Positions 1-9,328 of a stretch of DNA of 64,000 bases are shown piece by piece. The stretch is from NCBI GenBank assembly GCA_003167215.1, contig PMTV01000051.1, forward strand, positions 368 to 64,367. Direction: 5' to 3'. The stretch's first letter is position 1. Each line of letters starts with the position of its first letter. Under the pieces are notes generated by a model. That model searched no databases, was not told where the DNA came from, and worked only from the letters and a program-made list of their open reading frames with translations. Both the position numbers and the translations under genes were made by a program. This stretch comes from Acidobacteriota bacterium (GTDB lineage Bacteria; Acidobacteriota; Terriglobia; Acidiferrales; UBA7541).

Positions 1-641
1 GATTCTCCGCTGCCTGCCGAAGGAGCGATGCGAAACAGATGAGGCTCCATCATGGCGGCATTGCCCCAAGAGAGCAGCTCCATGCGCACGCCCGGCCCGG
101 CTTCGAGAACTTTTCTGTCCGCCGGTTTTACCCGGCCCGGATTCACGTCTGAAGGATTAAAAAGCGACAAGATATTCACGTGGTAGAAACGGGCCAGCCG
201 CCGAAGAGTAGCAACCGACGCAGTCATTTGGCTGCGCTCGACCGCGCTGAGGAATCCAACCGAAACATCTGTCGCGCGCGCCACCTGTGAGAGCGAGGCC
301 TTCCTCTGCAATCGCAAACGGCGTAAACGCGGGCCGACCGGGCCGGCCTTAGGCCGTTCGCCGGCGTGCGGCAATAATTTGTGAGTTTTAAGCAGGTGGA
401 CGATGGCGGGTGCGTTCATGCCGCGGGCGCGCCGGAAGAATTGAGCGCGTTTTAGAATGCGAACGTCTGCGTGCGTATAGATTCGGTACCGGCTGTGTGT
501 GCGAGTGGGCGCAACGAGCCCGAGATTCTCCCACGAGCGAAGGATCGATGGTGAAACGCCCACGATCCGCGCGACGTCACTGATGCGCAAATACCCGTGC
601 ACACGCGATTTCTCATTCGCGCGCTTCTGAGACGGCCTCAA
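1..641 (-). CDS. Transcriptional regulator, partial (3' end lies beyond the window): MerR-type HTH + XRE-type HTH + start of a cupin-like domain
   Basis: This is my own reverse-strand translation. The ORF runs off the window edge, so it is absent from the ORF track. It reads ...YLRISDVARIVGVSPSILRSWENLGLVAPTRTHSRYRIYTHADVRILKRAQ (MerR HTH plus wing). Next comes LRRLRLQRKASLSQVARATDVSVGFLSAVERSQMTASVATLRRLARFYHVNILSLF (XRE/HTH_3-like). It then continues VKPADRKVLEAGPGVRMELLSW... into a probable cupin. Candidate starts are TTG 641 or GTG 602, both in the same frame. Confidence 0.6.
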   Translation of the reverse strand, partial: MRPSQKRANEKSRVHGYLRISDVARIVGVSPSILRSWENLGLVAPTRTHSRYRIYTHADVRILKRAQFFRRARGMNAPAIVHLLKTHKLLPHAGERPKAGPVGPRLRRLRLQRKASLSQVARATDVSVGFLSAVERSQMTASVATLRRLARFYHVNILSLFNPSDVNPGRVKPADRKVLEAGPGVRMELLSWGNAAMMEPHLFRIAPSAGSGE

Positions 642-785
642 AATCAGTTTCCCCTTGACAACCTTTGGGCCTTCTTCTAAGGTTCGCGGATTATAGTAAG
701 GTTTTTCGGGAAGCTGCAACCGAAAAAATATCGGGTGAGGCGTCTCGGGGGTCGGGTGGCCTCAGGTTTTCCTAGAGGAGCGGCG

Positions 786-3700
786 ATGACTTCAAAAACA
801 CGGGCGCGGGTGTGTCTATTTGTGTTTATGGCGTTGCTTTGGAGCGGAACGGCCAGGGCGCAAACAAACGGAACAATTCGCGGAACAGTTGTGGACCAAT
901 CCGGCGCGGTCGTCCCTGGCACTGTAATCACTGTAGTACTAAGCGGAACAGACACCAGACGGTCCGTTACCGCAGACAAAGACGGCTCATTCGACATTCC
1001 TGAATTAACCGTGGGCTCCTACGAGCTGAGTGCCGATGCCAAGGGCTTCAAGAAGTACGTGGAGAAGGATGTCCTCGTCACCATCGGCCACGTCAATCTG
1101 GTTACCGTGAACCTCGTGGTTGGCGGATCTGCCGATACCGTCACCGTGGAGGCGAACGCTGCGCAAGTGGAGACCACCAGCACCCAGCTCGGCGCCGTGA
1201 TGACCGACACTGCCATACGCGAACTCCCGATGGCCACGCGCAACGCGTACTCTCTGCTCCAGTTGCAGCCTGGAGTGCAATCGCAGGTGGGCGCGGACTT
1301 GTTTTTGGGCAGCGATAATGCGGGAGCTGTGTCAGTCAACGGAGGCCGTGGTCGCTCCAACAATTACATGGTGAACGGAGGCGATGGCAACGACATATTC
1401 ATTAACGCCCCGGCGATTCAGCCCTCGCCGGATGCGATCGAAGAATTTCGGGTCATTACCAACACATTCGACGCGGAATACGGGCGCAACTCCGGGTCAG
1501 TGGTAAACGTGGTTACGAAATCCGGAACGAACAGTATTCATGGCGATTTCTACGAGTTCCTCCGCAACCAGGCGCTCAACTCTCAAGGATACTTCGATCC
1601 CTTCCTGCTGGATTATAAACAGAATCAATTCGGCGCAACTCTGGGCGGTCCCATCAAGAAAGATAAGACTTTCATTTTCGCATCGTATGAAGGGAATCGG
1701 TTGATTCAGGGGCAGTCATCCGGGAACGTCTCTTTTCCGACGGTTGGCGCTAACGGAGAGGCGAGTGGCAATTTCGCTGGCGGGCCGCCTTCTATGCCAT
1801 CAACGCTTCCACTTTTCACCGGAACACTCACCGATGCACCGTTCGCGGCGCTGTTGGCAGGCCGCACGACCGGCAGCACCACCGGAACCACTTGCGCGAC
1901 GGCAGTGGCAGCGGAAGGAGGAGCGCCGATCGCGGCGGGAACACCGTTTGCAAGCATTTTTCCAAACAACCAGATTCCAATCGAGTGTTTCGATCCGACG
2001 GCATATGCTCTCTATCAGAAGTATGTCGCCCCGTTCTCGACCGGTCCCAAATGTACGAGCGCCAGCTGCAACATTCCCACCTCTGGGGACGAGCGGGAAC
2101 GTGGAGATCAATTCACAGTGCGCTTCGACCACAAAATCAATGCGTCTCAGCAGTTCAGCGCTTACTACTACTTTGACGACGATAACGGCACGGTCCCTTA
2201 CTCCAATTTTGAGTTAGAGTACCCCGGCGGGCTGGTTCCGGGTTTCGGCGCTCTTAATAAGACGCGCGTCCAGCAGTGGAATCTGAGCCATACGTGGACC
2301 ATCGGGTCCACGGCGGTAAACGAAGCCCGATTCAATTACTTTCGCGAGGGTCAGCAAGGGAATAACCATCCGCTAAATACATTGCCGAGCGTACAAGACT
2401 CTTGCGGAGCTGCCCTGGTGGATAGCTGCTTCACGCAGACAAACGCGCAATTCCCAACCCCCGGAACAAATCCGATCGGCATAACGAGCAACATTCCCGG
2501 AAGACAAGGCGTTCCGTACATAAACGTCTTGGGAGGATTCACCATAGGGAACAACTTCGAGGGCGAACTGCCCCAGGCCGGAAACACATTTCAATTCTCG
2601 GACAATTTCACAAAAACCTTCGGCAAACACACGGTCAAGTTTGGCGGAGATTTCCGTCGCCAACAATTTAATCAGTTCTACTACTTTAACATCAACGGTG
2701 ACTACACATTCTTGAGCGATGGAAACCTTTGCGCGCCCACCAATCCGGCGAACTGCGATTCACCGATCACGAACGACGTTGGTTTTAGCGACGCCTATCC
2801 CGATTATTTCATCGGTACACCCAACGCTTACACCCAGGGTGCCGCTCAGAGACAGAACGACCGGAACGTCGGGTTATATCTCTTCGTGCAGGACAGCTAC
2901 AAACTGAAACCCAACCTAACGCTTAGCTACGGTTTGCGATGGGAACTGAATACCCCATATCATGATCTCGGAGACCGGCTTCAAACCTTCCGCCCCGGTG
3001 AGGTGACCCAGAAATATCCCTGCGTTCTGAATCTAAACAATCCTGGCAACCCGAGCGCCGGAATCATCTCCGCAGCGGCAGGAGGCAGCACGGATTGTAG
3101 TGAGACTGGGCCAGCCAACTCGGTATTCCCGCTGGGATTGGTGTTCCCCGGCGATAAAGGAGTGCCGAGCGGGTTGACCACCACCGACTACAAAGCTTTC
3201 GCGCCTCGCATCGGAATCGCGTGGAGCCCCGGCTGGACGGAGGGCTGGCTTGCGAAATTGACGGGCGGTCCGGGAAATTCGAGTATTCGGGCAGGGTACG
3301 GAATTTTTTACAATCCGATCGAGCAGCTGGTCCTGGCGCAGTTCAGCGCGGAACCTCCGTTCGGTGGCAGCATTTCACTTTCGAATCCGAACTTCAATAC
3401 TCCGTTTCTATTGCAGAACGGCACTCAGAATCCTAACGTGTTCGGTCCTGTTTTCAATCAGACGCCGAATACTCCGTGCTTCCAGCCAGGAGGGCCGAAT
3501 GGTTGCGTGGACTGGTCCGCCTTCCGTCCCATTCTGCTGTACGGCGAATTCGATCCGCATCTGAAAACGCAGTATGCCGACCAATACAATTTGACGATTG
3601 AGCGCCAGTTAACCAAGTCCATGGTGCTACGGGCGTCCTACGTCGGCACGCAAGGACATCATCTGCTCGCCTTGCACGATGAAAATGCAGGAAACATTCA

Positions 3701-4799
3701 AACTTGCCTTGGTCTCATAAACCTTTCAAACGCAAACGCGAACGCCGTTCTCACTGGGCCCGGTGGATCCCCGACAACGTGCGGACCTTTTAGCGCGGAC
3801 ACCGAATACTTCATTCCAGGCGGAACGACAATTCCGGCCGGAATATCGGCATTGCCGCCCGAACCGTTCCACGTTCCATCAATTAGTTGCACTGGTCTGG
3901 TATTGCCCTACACCGGTACGCCGGGAGGGAATCCGGGGTGTGTTCCTGCAGGAGTCGTTCCCGCCGGCGGAATCACGCTTGTCGGCACGCGGCCATTCTC
4001 CTCACCCAATTGCCAGCCATCCACTGGAGTGGGTTGCCCGGCCGACGGCGTTCCGGTGTTCAGCAACATCTTCGCCGAAGGCACCATCGCGAACTCCAAT
4101 TACAACGCCTTGCAACTCTCAGTCGAGAAGAGCTATTCGCACGGTTTGTTGTTTCAGGCTTCGTACACTTTCAGCAAGGCGATTGACCAAGGTGCCTCGT
4201 TCGAAAACGAGCTGAATCCGGTGAACTTCGACGCCACTCGGGGACTGTCGCTCCTCGACGCAAAACACCGGTTTGTATTCAGTCCCGTCTGGGAGCTACC
4301 CGTACCAAAATATGATGGGTTCAAGGGTAAGGCATTGGACGGTTGGGGAATGTCGGCGATCATCACTTATCAGACCGGATTTCCCATTCGCGTCCAGACG
4401 CAGGATGATTTGGAATTGGAGAGCAGTTTCAACTTTGAAGATGCTAATACGCCGCAAATCACCGGCCCGGTCCAGTTCCTCAATGCCCGGTCCAGTTCGA
4501 ATCCGAGCCACCTTTATTTTACGGGAAATATCACTGATCCTGCGCCTGGAGCGTTCGGTAACCTTCCGCACTCTCTCTGCTGCGGGCCGCCGCTGAACAA
4601 CACTGATTTAGTGTTCTCGAAAAAAACTCCTATCAACGAACGATGGAACACCGAGTTTCGCGGTGAATTCTACAACGCATGGAATCACACGCAACTCAAC
4701 AATCCTGACGGAAACTTTTCCGATTCAACATTTGGCGAAGTGTTGAAGACCAGGGAAGGTCCGCGTGTGATTCAGTTTGGATTGAAGTTCTTGTTCTAG
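786..4799 (+). CDS. TonB-dependent outer-membrane receptor with N-terminal carboxypeptidase-regulatory-like domain
   Basis: ORF 735..4799. I moved the start to ATG 786, which has 'agaggag' just upstream and gives the signal peptide MTSKTRARVCLFVFMALLWSGTARAQ. There is a CarboxypepD_reg-like sandwich (GTIRGTVVDQSGAVVPG...DGSFDIPELTVGSYEL) and a plug-like segment (TRNAYSLLQLQPGV). A very long barrel ends in ...GLKFLF, with the aromatic C-terminus typical of OMPs. Confidence 0.85.
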   Translation: MTSKTRARVCLFVFMALLWSGTARAQTNGTIRGTVVDQSGAVVPGTVITVVLSGTDTRRSVTADKDGSFDIPELTVGSYELSADAKGFKKYVEKDVLVTIGHVNLVTVNLVVGGSADTVTVEANAAQVETTSTQLGAVMTDTAIRELPMATRNAYSLLQLQPGVQSQVGADLFLGSDNAGAVSVNGGRGRSNNYMVNGGDGNDIFINAPAIQPSPDAIEEFRVITNTFDAEYGRNSGSVVNVVTKSGTNSIHGDFYEFLRNQALNSQGYFDPFLLDYKQNQFGATLGGPIKKDKTFIFASYEGNRLIQGQSSGNVSFPTVGANGEASGNFAGGPPSMPSTLPLFTGTLTDAPFAALLAGRTTGSTTGTTCATAVAAEGGAPIAAGTPFASIFPNNQIPIECFDPTAYALYQKYVAPFSTGPKCTSASCNIPTSGDERERGDQFTVRFDHKINASQQFSAYYYFDDDNGTVPYSNFELEYPGGLVPGFGALNKTRVQQWNLSHTWTIGSTAVNEARFNYFREGQQGNNHPLNTLPSVQDSCGAALVDSCFTQTNAQFPTPGTNPIGITSNIPGRQGVPYINVLGGFTIGNNFEGELPQAGNTFQFSDNFTKTFGKHTVKFGGDFRRQQFNQFYYFNINGDYTFLSDGNLCAPTNPANCDSPITNDVGFSDAYPDYFIGTPNAYTQGAAQRQNDRNVGLYLFVQDSYKLKPNLTLSYGLRWELNTPYHDLGDRLQTFRPGEVTQKYPCVLNLNNPGNPSAGIISAAAGGSTDCSETGPANSVFPLGLVFPGDKGVPSGLTTTDYKAFAPRIGIAWSPGWTEGWLAKLTGGPGNSSIRAGYGIFYNPIEQLVLAQFSAEPPFGGSISLSNPNFNTPFLLQNGTQNPNVFGPVFNQTPNTPCFQPGGPNGCVDWSAFRPILLYGEFDPHLKTQYADQYNLTIERQLTKSMVLRASYVGTQGHHLLALHDENAGNIQTCLGLINLSNANANAVLTGPGGSPTTCGPFSADTEYFIPGGTTIPAGISALPPEPFHVPSISCTGLVLPYTGTPGGNPGCVPAGVVPAGGITLVGTRPFSSPNCQPSTGVGCPADGVPVFSNIFAEGTIANSNYNALQLSVEKSYSHGLLFQASYTFSKAIDQGASFENELNPVNFDATRGLSLLDAKHRFVFSPVWELPVPKYDGFKGKALDGWGMSAIITYQTGFPIRVQTQDDLELESSFNFEDANTPQITGPVQFLNARSSSNPSHLYFTGNITDPAPGAFGNLPHSLCCGPPLNNTDLVFSKKTPINERWNTEFRGEFYNAWNHTQLNNPDGNFSDSTFGEVLKTREGPRVIQFGLKFLF

Positions 4800-4947
4800 T
4801 TTGGTTCGAGTCGTTTTGCAGAGCGAGGATGTCGCTCAGGCGGCGCCCTCGCTTTGTTGCGTAGAGGCAGGTTAAGACAAACGCCCGGGCACCGCTAAAC
4901 CTTAGGGTCCTGCCCCGGCCGGAGTGAATTGTGTTACGGAGGATGTC

Positions 4948-6324
4948 ATGCACCAGGGACTTCAGAAAGAAATCGCCACCTACGAAAAACGCACGCCGGC
5001 TTCGCGCAAAGCCCATAAGCGAGCCGAGGAAAGGCTGCCTCTTGGTGTAGCGAGCAACTATCGAGCGTACGATCCGTACCCCATTTTTGTCCGCGACGGC
5101 AAAGGCGGGCATATTCACGACATCGACGGCAATGAATACATTGATTTCAATCTGTGCTTCGGCGCATTGATGGCCGGGCACTGCAATCCCGCGGTGATGC
5201 GCGCGGTACAGGAAAAACTAGGCACCGGAAGCATGTTCGGAATGCCTCACAATCTCGAATGGGAACTGGCCGAAGAAATCTGCGAAAGATTTCCCGTAGA
5301 GATGGTGCGGTTCAGCAATAGTGGAACGGAATGCACCATGCACGCTGTGCGCCTGGCGCGCGCCGCCACCGGACGCGACCGCATCATCAAGATGGAGGGC
5401 GGCTATCACGGATTGCACGATTCCGTTCTCGTCTCGGTAAAACCGAAAGCCGAGGAAGTAGGCGACGCAAACTTCCCGAATTCCGTGCCGGGCGGCGAGG
5501 GCGTAACGAAAGCTACGCTGCAAAACACTCTGGTTGCGCAGTTCAACGATGTGGCCGGCGTCGAGCGCCTCTTTGCAAAGTATCCGGGCGAAATTGCGGC
5601 GGTCATCGTCGAGCCGATCATGATGAATGTCGGGATCCTGATGCCTGACGAAGGCTATCACCGTGCGTTGCGCGAAATTACCAAAAGGAATGGCGCTCTG
5701 CTGATTTTCGATGAAGTTAAGACCGGAGCGAAGCTGGCCCGCGGCGGGGCCTGCGAATATTTCGGAATCAAGCCGGATATCGTTTGCCTGGCAAAATCGA
5801 TTGGCGGCGGCTTCTCGCTGGCTGCGTTCGCATCCACGCGGGAAGTGATGGGTCTCATCTCTGACCATAAAGTTTTCCACGGCGGCACGTACAACACGAA
5901 CCCCGTTGCCATGGCCGCGGGACTCGCAATGTTCAGGGAAGTGCTTACGCCCGCGGCTTACGAGCACGTAAATCGGCTGAACAAGCGATTGCTCGATGGC
6001 TACAACAAAGAAATCAGCAAGACCGGCTTGAAAGCTTACGTCGTGGGCGCAGGATCAAATGGCTCGCTAATGTTTTTCCCGAAGCCGATTCACAATTATC
6101 GCGATTGGCTGAAGGCTGATAGTGAGCTGTGGCGCCATTACTGGTTTGCGATGGTGAACCGCGGTGTGATGGCCCAGCCCTATTGGTGGGACGAGCAGTG
6201 GACCGTATCGATCGCGCACACCGACGCGGATGTGGACCGCCATCTCGCGGTATTCGCAGAGGTCGCCCCTGCGCTTGCGCAGGCGCAAAAAGAGCCGCAT
6301 GCGTCAGCCAGCAGCGCGCACTAA
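4948..6324 (+). CDS. Class-III PLP-dependent aminotransferase (glutamate-1-semialdehyde aminomutase-like family)
   Basis: ORF 4924..6324, with ATG 4948 preceded by GGAGGA. Motifs include DGNEYIDFNLCFGALMAGH, IFDEVKTG and the PLP-lysine context CLAKSIGGG. Confidence 0.8.
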   Translation: MHQGLQKEIATYEKRTPASRKAHKRAEERLPLGVASNYRAYDPYPIFVRDGKGGHIHDIDGNEYIDFNLCFGALMAGHCNPAVMRAVQEKLGTGSMFGMPHNLEWELAEEICERFPVEMVRFSNSGTECTMHAVRLARAATGRDRIIKMEGGYHGLHDSVLVSVKPKAEEVGDANFPNSVPGGEGVTKATLQNTLVAQFNDVAGVERLFAKYPGEIAAVIVEPIMMNVGILMPDEGYHRALREITKRNGALLIFDEVKTGAKLARGGACEYFGIKPDIVCLAKSIGGGFSLAAFASTREVMGLISDHKVFHGGTYNTNPVAMAAGLAMFREVLTPAAYEHVNRLNKRLLDGYNKEISKTGLKAYVVGAGSNGSLMFFPKPIHNYRDWLKADSELWRHYWFAMVNRGVMAQPYWWDEQWTVSIAHTDADVDRHLAVFAEVAPALAQAQKEPHASASSAH

Positions 6325-6399
6325 GCTTTCGCGGCTCGTTCTCCTGAAGTAACAGCTAAGGTTGGCGCGACAGGTCGCCTTCATCCCTCAAGGAGCAAA

Positions 6400-7821
6400 T
6401 TGGCAGAGCTAGCCACTCCGCAAAACGAAACCGCGCATCTGAAACGCGCGCTGGGGCGCTGGGATCTCGTCGCGCTCTTTGTTGTCGCGGTGTTCAATCT
6501 GAACGTGGTGCCGAGTATCGCTGCGAACGGCGGCGTCACGGTCTGGCTCTGGATTATTTCGCTACTCATGTTTTTCTGGCCCCAGGGCATTGCCGTGATC
6601 GAATTGGCGCATCGCTATCCTGGAGAAGGCGGCGTGTACCTCTGGGCCAAAGAAGTTTTCGGCGAATTCCACGGCTTCCTGTCGGGCTGGTGCTACTGGA
6701 CAAACAATATGATGTACGTCCCGACCGTGATGCTGTACTTCGTCGGCGTGTCCGTCTTCGTGTTTCCAAGTCATCAAGCTCTCGCCGACAATAAGACTTT
6801 TGCCGTCGCAGCCTCGCTCGGCCTGCTGGCCATTCTCGTCCTGCTGAATATAGTGGGGCTTGGAGTGGGAAAATGGATCAACAATTTGGGCAGTATTGGA
6901 ACTGGTATCGCGGCAGCTGTGCTGGTGGGACTGGGAATCATTGTGGCGTTGCGTTTTGGTACCACAGTCAGCGCCGCGGATTTTCGCGTACCCGCGAATT
7001 CACGATTCCTTCTGAATTCGTTCGGAGTAATTTGTTTCGGACTTGTAGGCCTGGAACTTGCCTCCGTAATGGGGGACGAGATCAAGGACCCCGAGCGCAC
7101 GCTGCCGGGAGCAGTGGTATGGGGAGGTGTTCTTTCGGGGTTTCTCTACATTGCCACGACACTGACGTTACTGCTCGCGGTGAGCAAGAATGACATCAAT
7201 GTCTTGCAGGGAATCGTTCAGGCAGTGAGCCATATGGCTCAGAAAGTCGGCGTAATATGGATCGTCGCGCCTTTCGCCTTGATGCTGAGTATTTCGATCG
7301 CAGGGATCGGTTCTGCGTGGCTGGCTGGCTCGGCGCGTATTCCTTTTGTCGCTGGGCTCGACTCTTACTTGCCTAGTTGGCTGGGGAAAGTTCATCCCCG
7401 CTATGGAACGCCGTACGCAGCGCTGATCGTTCATTTTGTGGTGTCCACGATTCTGGTGCTGATCAGTTTTCTTGGCTCCGGTGTGCAGGAAACTTTTCAA
7501 CGGCTGCTATCGCTCGCCGTTGTGCTGCAGTTGCTTCCGTTTCTCTATATCTTTGCAGCGCTGCTGAAGATCGCGGCCGATCCGCTGGCAGGGAAGGGAC
7601 ACTACAGCAATCCCGTGCTTTGGCTGGCAGGCTCGAGCGGGCTGTTGATGACGATTTTGGGCATGATTTTCGCCTTTTCACCGGCGCAGCAGATCACCTC
7701 GGTCTTGTCGTACGAATCCTGGATGTTTGGCGGCACGGCGTTTTTCATCGGTCTCGCGGTATTCTTCTTCTTTGTGTATGGGCGCCGGAAGAACGCTGCG
7801 CGTGCACGTAGCGGCCTTTAA
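6400..7821 (+). CDS. APC-superfamily amino acid/polyamine permease
   Basis: 473-aa polytopic hydrophobic protein with an APC-family look (...RWDLVALFVVAVFNL..., GEGGVYLWAKEVFG). TTG start at 6400, 4 nt after AGGAG. Confidence 0.75.
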   Translation: MAELATPQNETAHLKRALGRWDLVALFVVAVFNLNVVPSIAANGGVTVWLWIISLLMFFWPQGIAVIELAHRYPGEGGVYLWAKEVFGEFHGFLSGWCYWTNNMMYVPTVMLYFVGVSVFVFPSHQALADNKTFAVAASLGLLAILVLLNIVGLGVGKWINNLGSIGTGIAAAVLVGLGIIVALRFGTTVSAADFRVPANSRFLLNSFGVICFGLVGLELASVMGDEIKDPERTLPGAVVWGGVLSGFLYIATTLTLLLAVSKNDINVLQGIVQAVSHMAQKVGVIWIVAPFALMLSISIAGIGSAWLAGSARIPFVAGLDSYLPSWLGKVHPRYGTPYAALIVHFVVSTILVLISFLGSGVQETFQRLLSLAVVLQLLPFLYIFAALLKIAADPLAGKGHYSNPVLWLAGSSGLLMTILGMIFAFSPAQQITSVLSYESWMFGGTAFFIGLAVFFFFVYGRRKNAARARSGL

Positions 7822-7845
7822 TTACAATTGTCGCAGGAGATGATC

Positions 7846-9327
7846 ATGGCAAGCGAGGCAAAGTCCGCCGTTCGAAGATATCGGATGTATATCAACGGGG
7901 AATTTGTAGAGAGCGCCGGCAAAAAATACTTCCCCGTGATAGATCCTTCGACGGAAGAAATTATGGCCGAAGTCCCGGAAGCGAATGAAGAGGACGTGAA
8001 TCGCGCCGTCGCCGCGGCAAGAGCTGCGTTTGACTCCGGAGCTTGGCCGCAAACGACTGCGCAGGATCGCGGCCGCATCCTTTTTCGGCTGGCTGAGCGC
8101 ATCCGCAAGGAAGCGGCAAAACTGGCCGAAGTGGAGTCGCGCAATTCGGGCAAGCCTATCGTTGAGGCCGAGTATGACATCGCTGACGCGGCGACCTGCT
8201 TCGAATATTACGGCGGGATGGCCACGAAGGTTCTCGGGCAAGTAAATCCAGTGCCGGACAACGCGCTGAGCCTTTCACTTCGCGAACCGATCGGCGTAGC
8301 CGCCCAAATCATCCCCTGGAATTATCCCTTGCTGATGGCTGCGTGGAAGCTGGCGCCGGCCATTGCCGCGGGTTGTACCTGCGTTCTAAAACCTGCGGAA
8401 CAGACTCCGCTCACCGCTCTCGAGTTTGCCGGTTATCTCGCTGACGCGGGCTTGCCGCCAGGCGTGGTGAACATCATCACCGGCTTCGGCGAAACTTGCG
8501 GCGCGCCGCTGGTGAAGCATCCTGACGTTAACAAAGTTGCATTTACCGGAAGCGCCTCGGTGGGGAAAGCCATCATGAAGGCGGCGGCTGACACGGTGAA
8601 ACGCGTCACCCTTGAGTTGGGCGGCAAATCGCCGAACATATTTTTTGCCGACGCGGATTTCGAATCTGCGATTGACGGAGCGCTTTTCGGTGTTTTCATC
8701 AATCAGGGTGAAGTGTGTTCGGCAGGCAGCCGCATCCTGGTGGAAAAATCCATCTATCCAAAATTCGTGGAAGCGATGAGCGCAAAAGCAAAAACAATTC
8801 GTCTCGGGCCGCCGCTCGAGCGCGAGACCAAGATGGGCCCGCTGGTGAGCAAGGATCAATTCGACCGAGTGCGCTCGTATCAGGAATTGGGCAAGAAGGA
8901 AGCGAAACTTGCGGCCGGCGGAGGACGCCCTGCATCCATTTCCCGAGGTTATTACGTGGAACCCACAATTTTTTACGATGTGGATAATTCCGCCCGCATC
9001 GCGCAAGAGGAAATCTTTGGCCCGGTCGCGGCGGTCATCCCGTTTGCGGACGAAGCCGAAGCGCTGCGGATCGCCAACGCGACACCCTACGGGCTGGCCG
9101 CAGCCATTTGGTCGCGCGATATTTTCAAGGCGCTTCGCATGGTAAAGGCTTTGCGCGCGGGAATTGTTTGGGTAAATCACATGCAGCCAACATACGTCGA
9201 GGCGCCTTGGGGCGGCTACAAACAGTCCGGATTCGGCCGAGAATTGGGGCCATGGGGCATCGAGGAATATCTCGAGACCAAGCAAGTCCACATCAATTTG
9301 AACGAACAGCCGATCGGATGGTACTGA
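7846..9327 (+). CDS. NAD(P)-dependent aldehyde dehydrogenase (aminoaldehyde/betaine-aldehyde DH-like)
   Basis: ORF 7828..9327, with ATG 7846 following 'gcaggag'. ALDH hallmarks are present: IIPWNYP, FTGS..VGK, ELGGKSP and the catalytic Cys context NQGEVCSAGSR. Confidence 0.85.
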   Translation: MASEAKSAVRRYRMYINGEFVESAGKKYFPVIDPSTEEIMAEVPEANEEDVNRAVAAARAAFDSGAWPQTTAQDRGRILFRLAERIRKEAAKLAEVESRNSGKPIVEAEYDIADAATCFEYYGGMATKVLGQVNPVPDNALSLSLREPIGVAAQIIPWNYPLLMAAWKLAPAIAAGCTCVLKPAEQTPLTALEFAGYLADAGLPPGVVNIITGFGETCGAPLVKHPDVNKVAFTGSASVGKAIMKAAADTVKRVTLELGGKSPNIFFADADFESAIDGALFGVFINQGEVCSAGSRILVEKSIYPKFVEAMSAKAKTIRLGPPLERETKMGPLVSKDQFDRVRSYQELGKKEAKLAAGGGRPASISRGYYVEPTIFYDVDNSARIAQEEIFGPVAAVIPFADEAEALRIANATPYGLAAAIWSRDIFKALRMVKALRAGIVWVNHMQPTYVEAPWGGYKQSGFGRELGPWGIEEYLETKQVHINLNEQPIGWY

Positions 9328-9328
9328 C

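Noticed and set aside
677-997. 106-aa minus-strand ORF overlapping the start of the TonB receptor gene
   Set aside because: It is antisense to the receptor's signal peptide and CarboxypepD_reg region and has no motifs or RBS. This is a shadow ORF.
4813-4826. 14-mer gttttgcagagcga, repeated at about 44665-44678, as a possible REP-like or terminator element
   Set aside because: A single 14-nt coincidence is expected by chance in 64 kb compared against itself on both strands. The flanks show no extended similarity.
4820-4852. Possible intrinsic terminator after the TonB receptor gene (AGCGAGG ... CCTCGCT, 7-bp stem)
   Set aside because: The loop is ~18 nt and no proper U-tract follows. I do not find it convincing enough to annotate.
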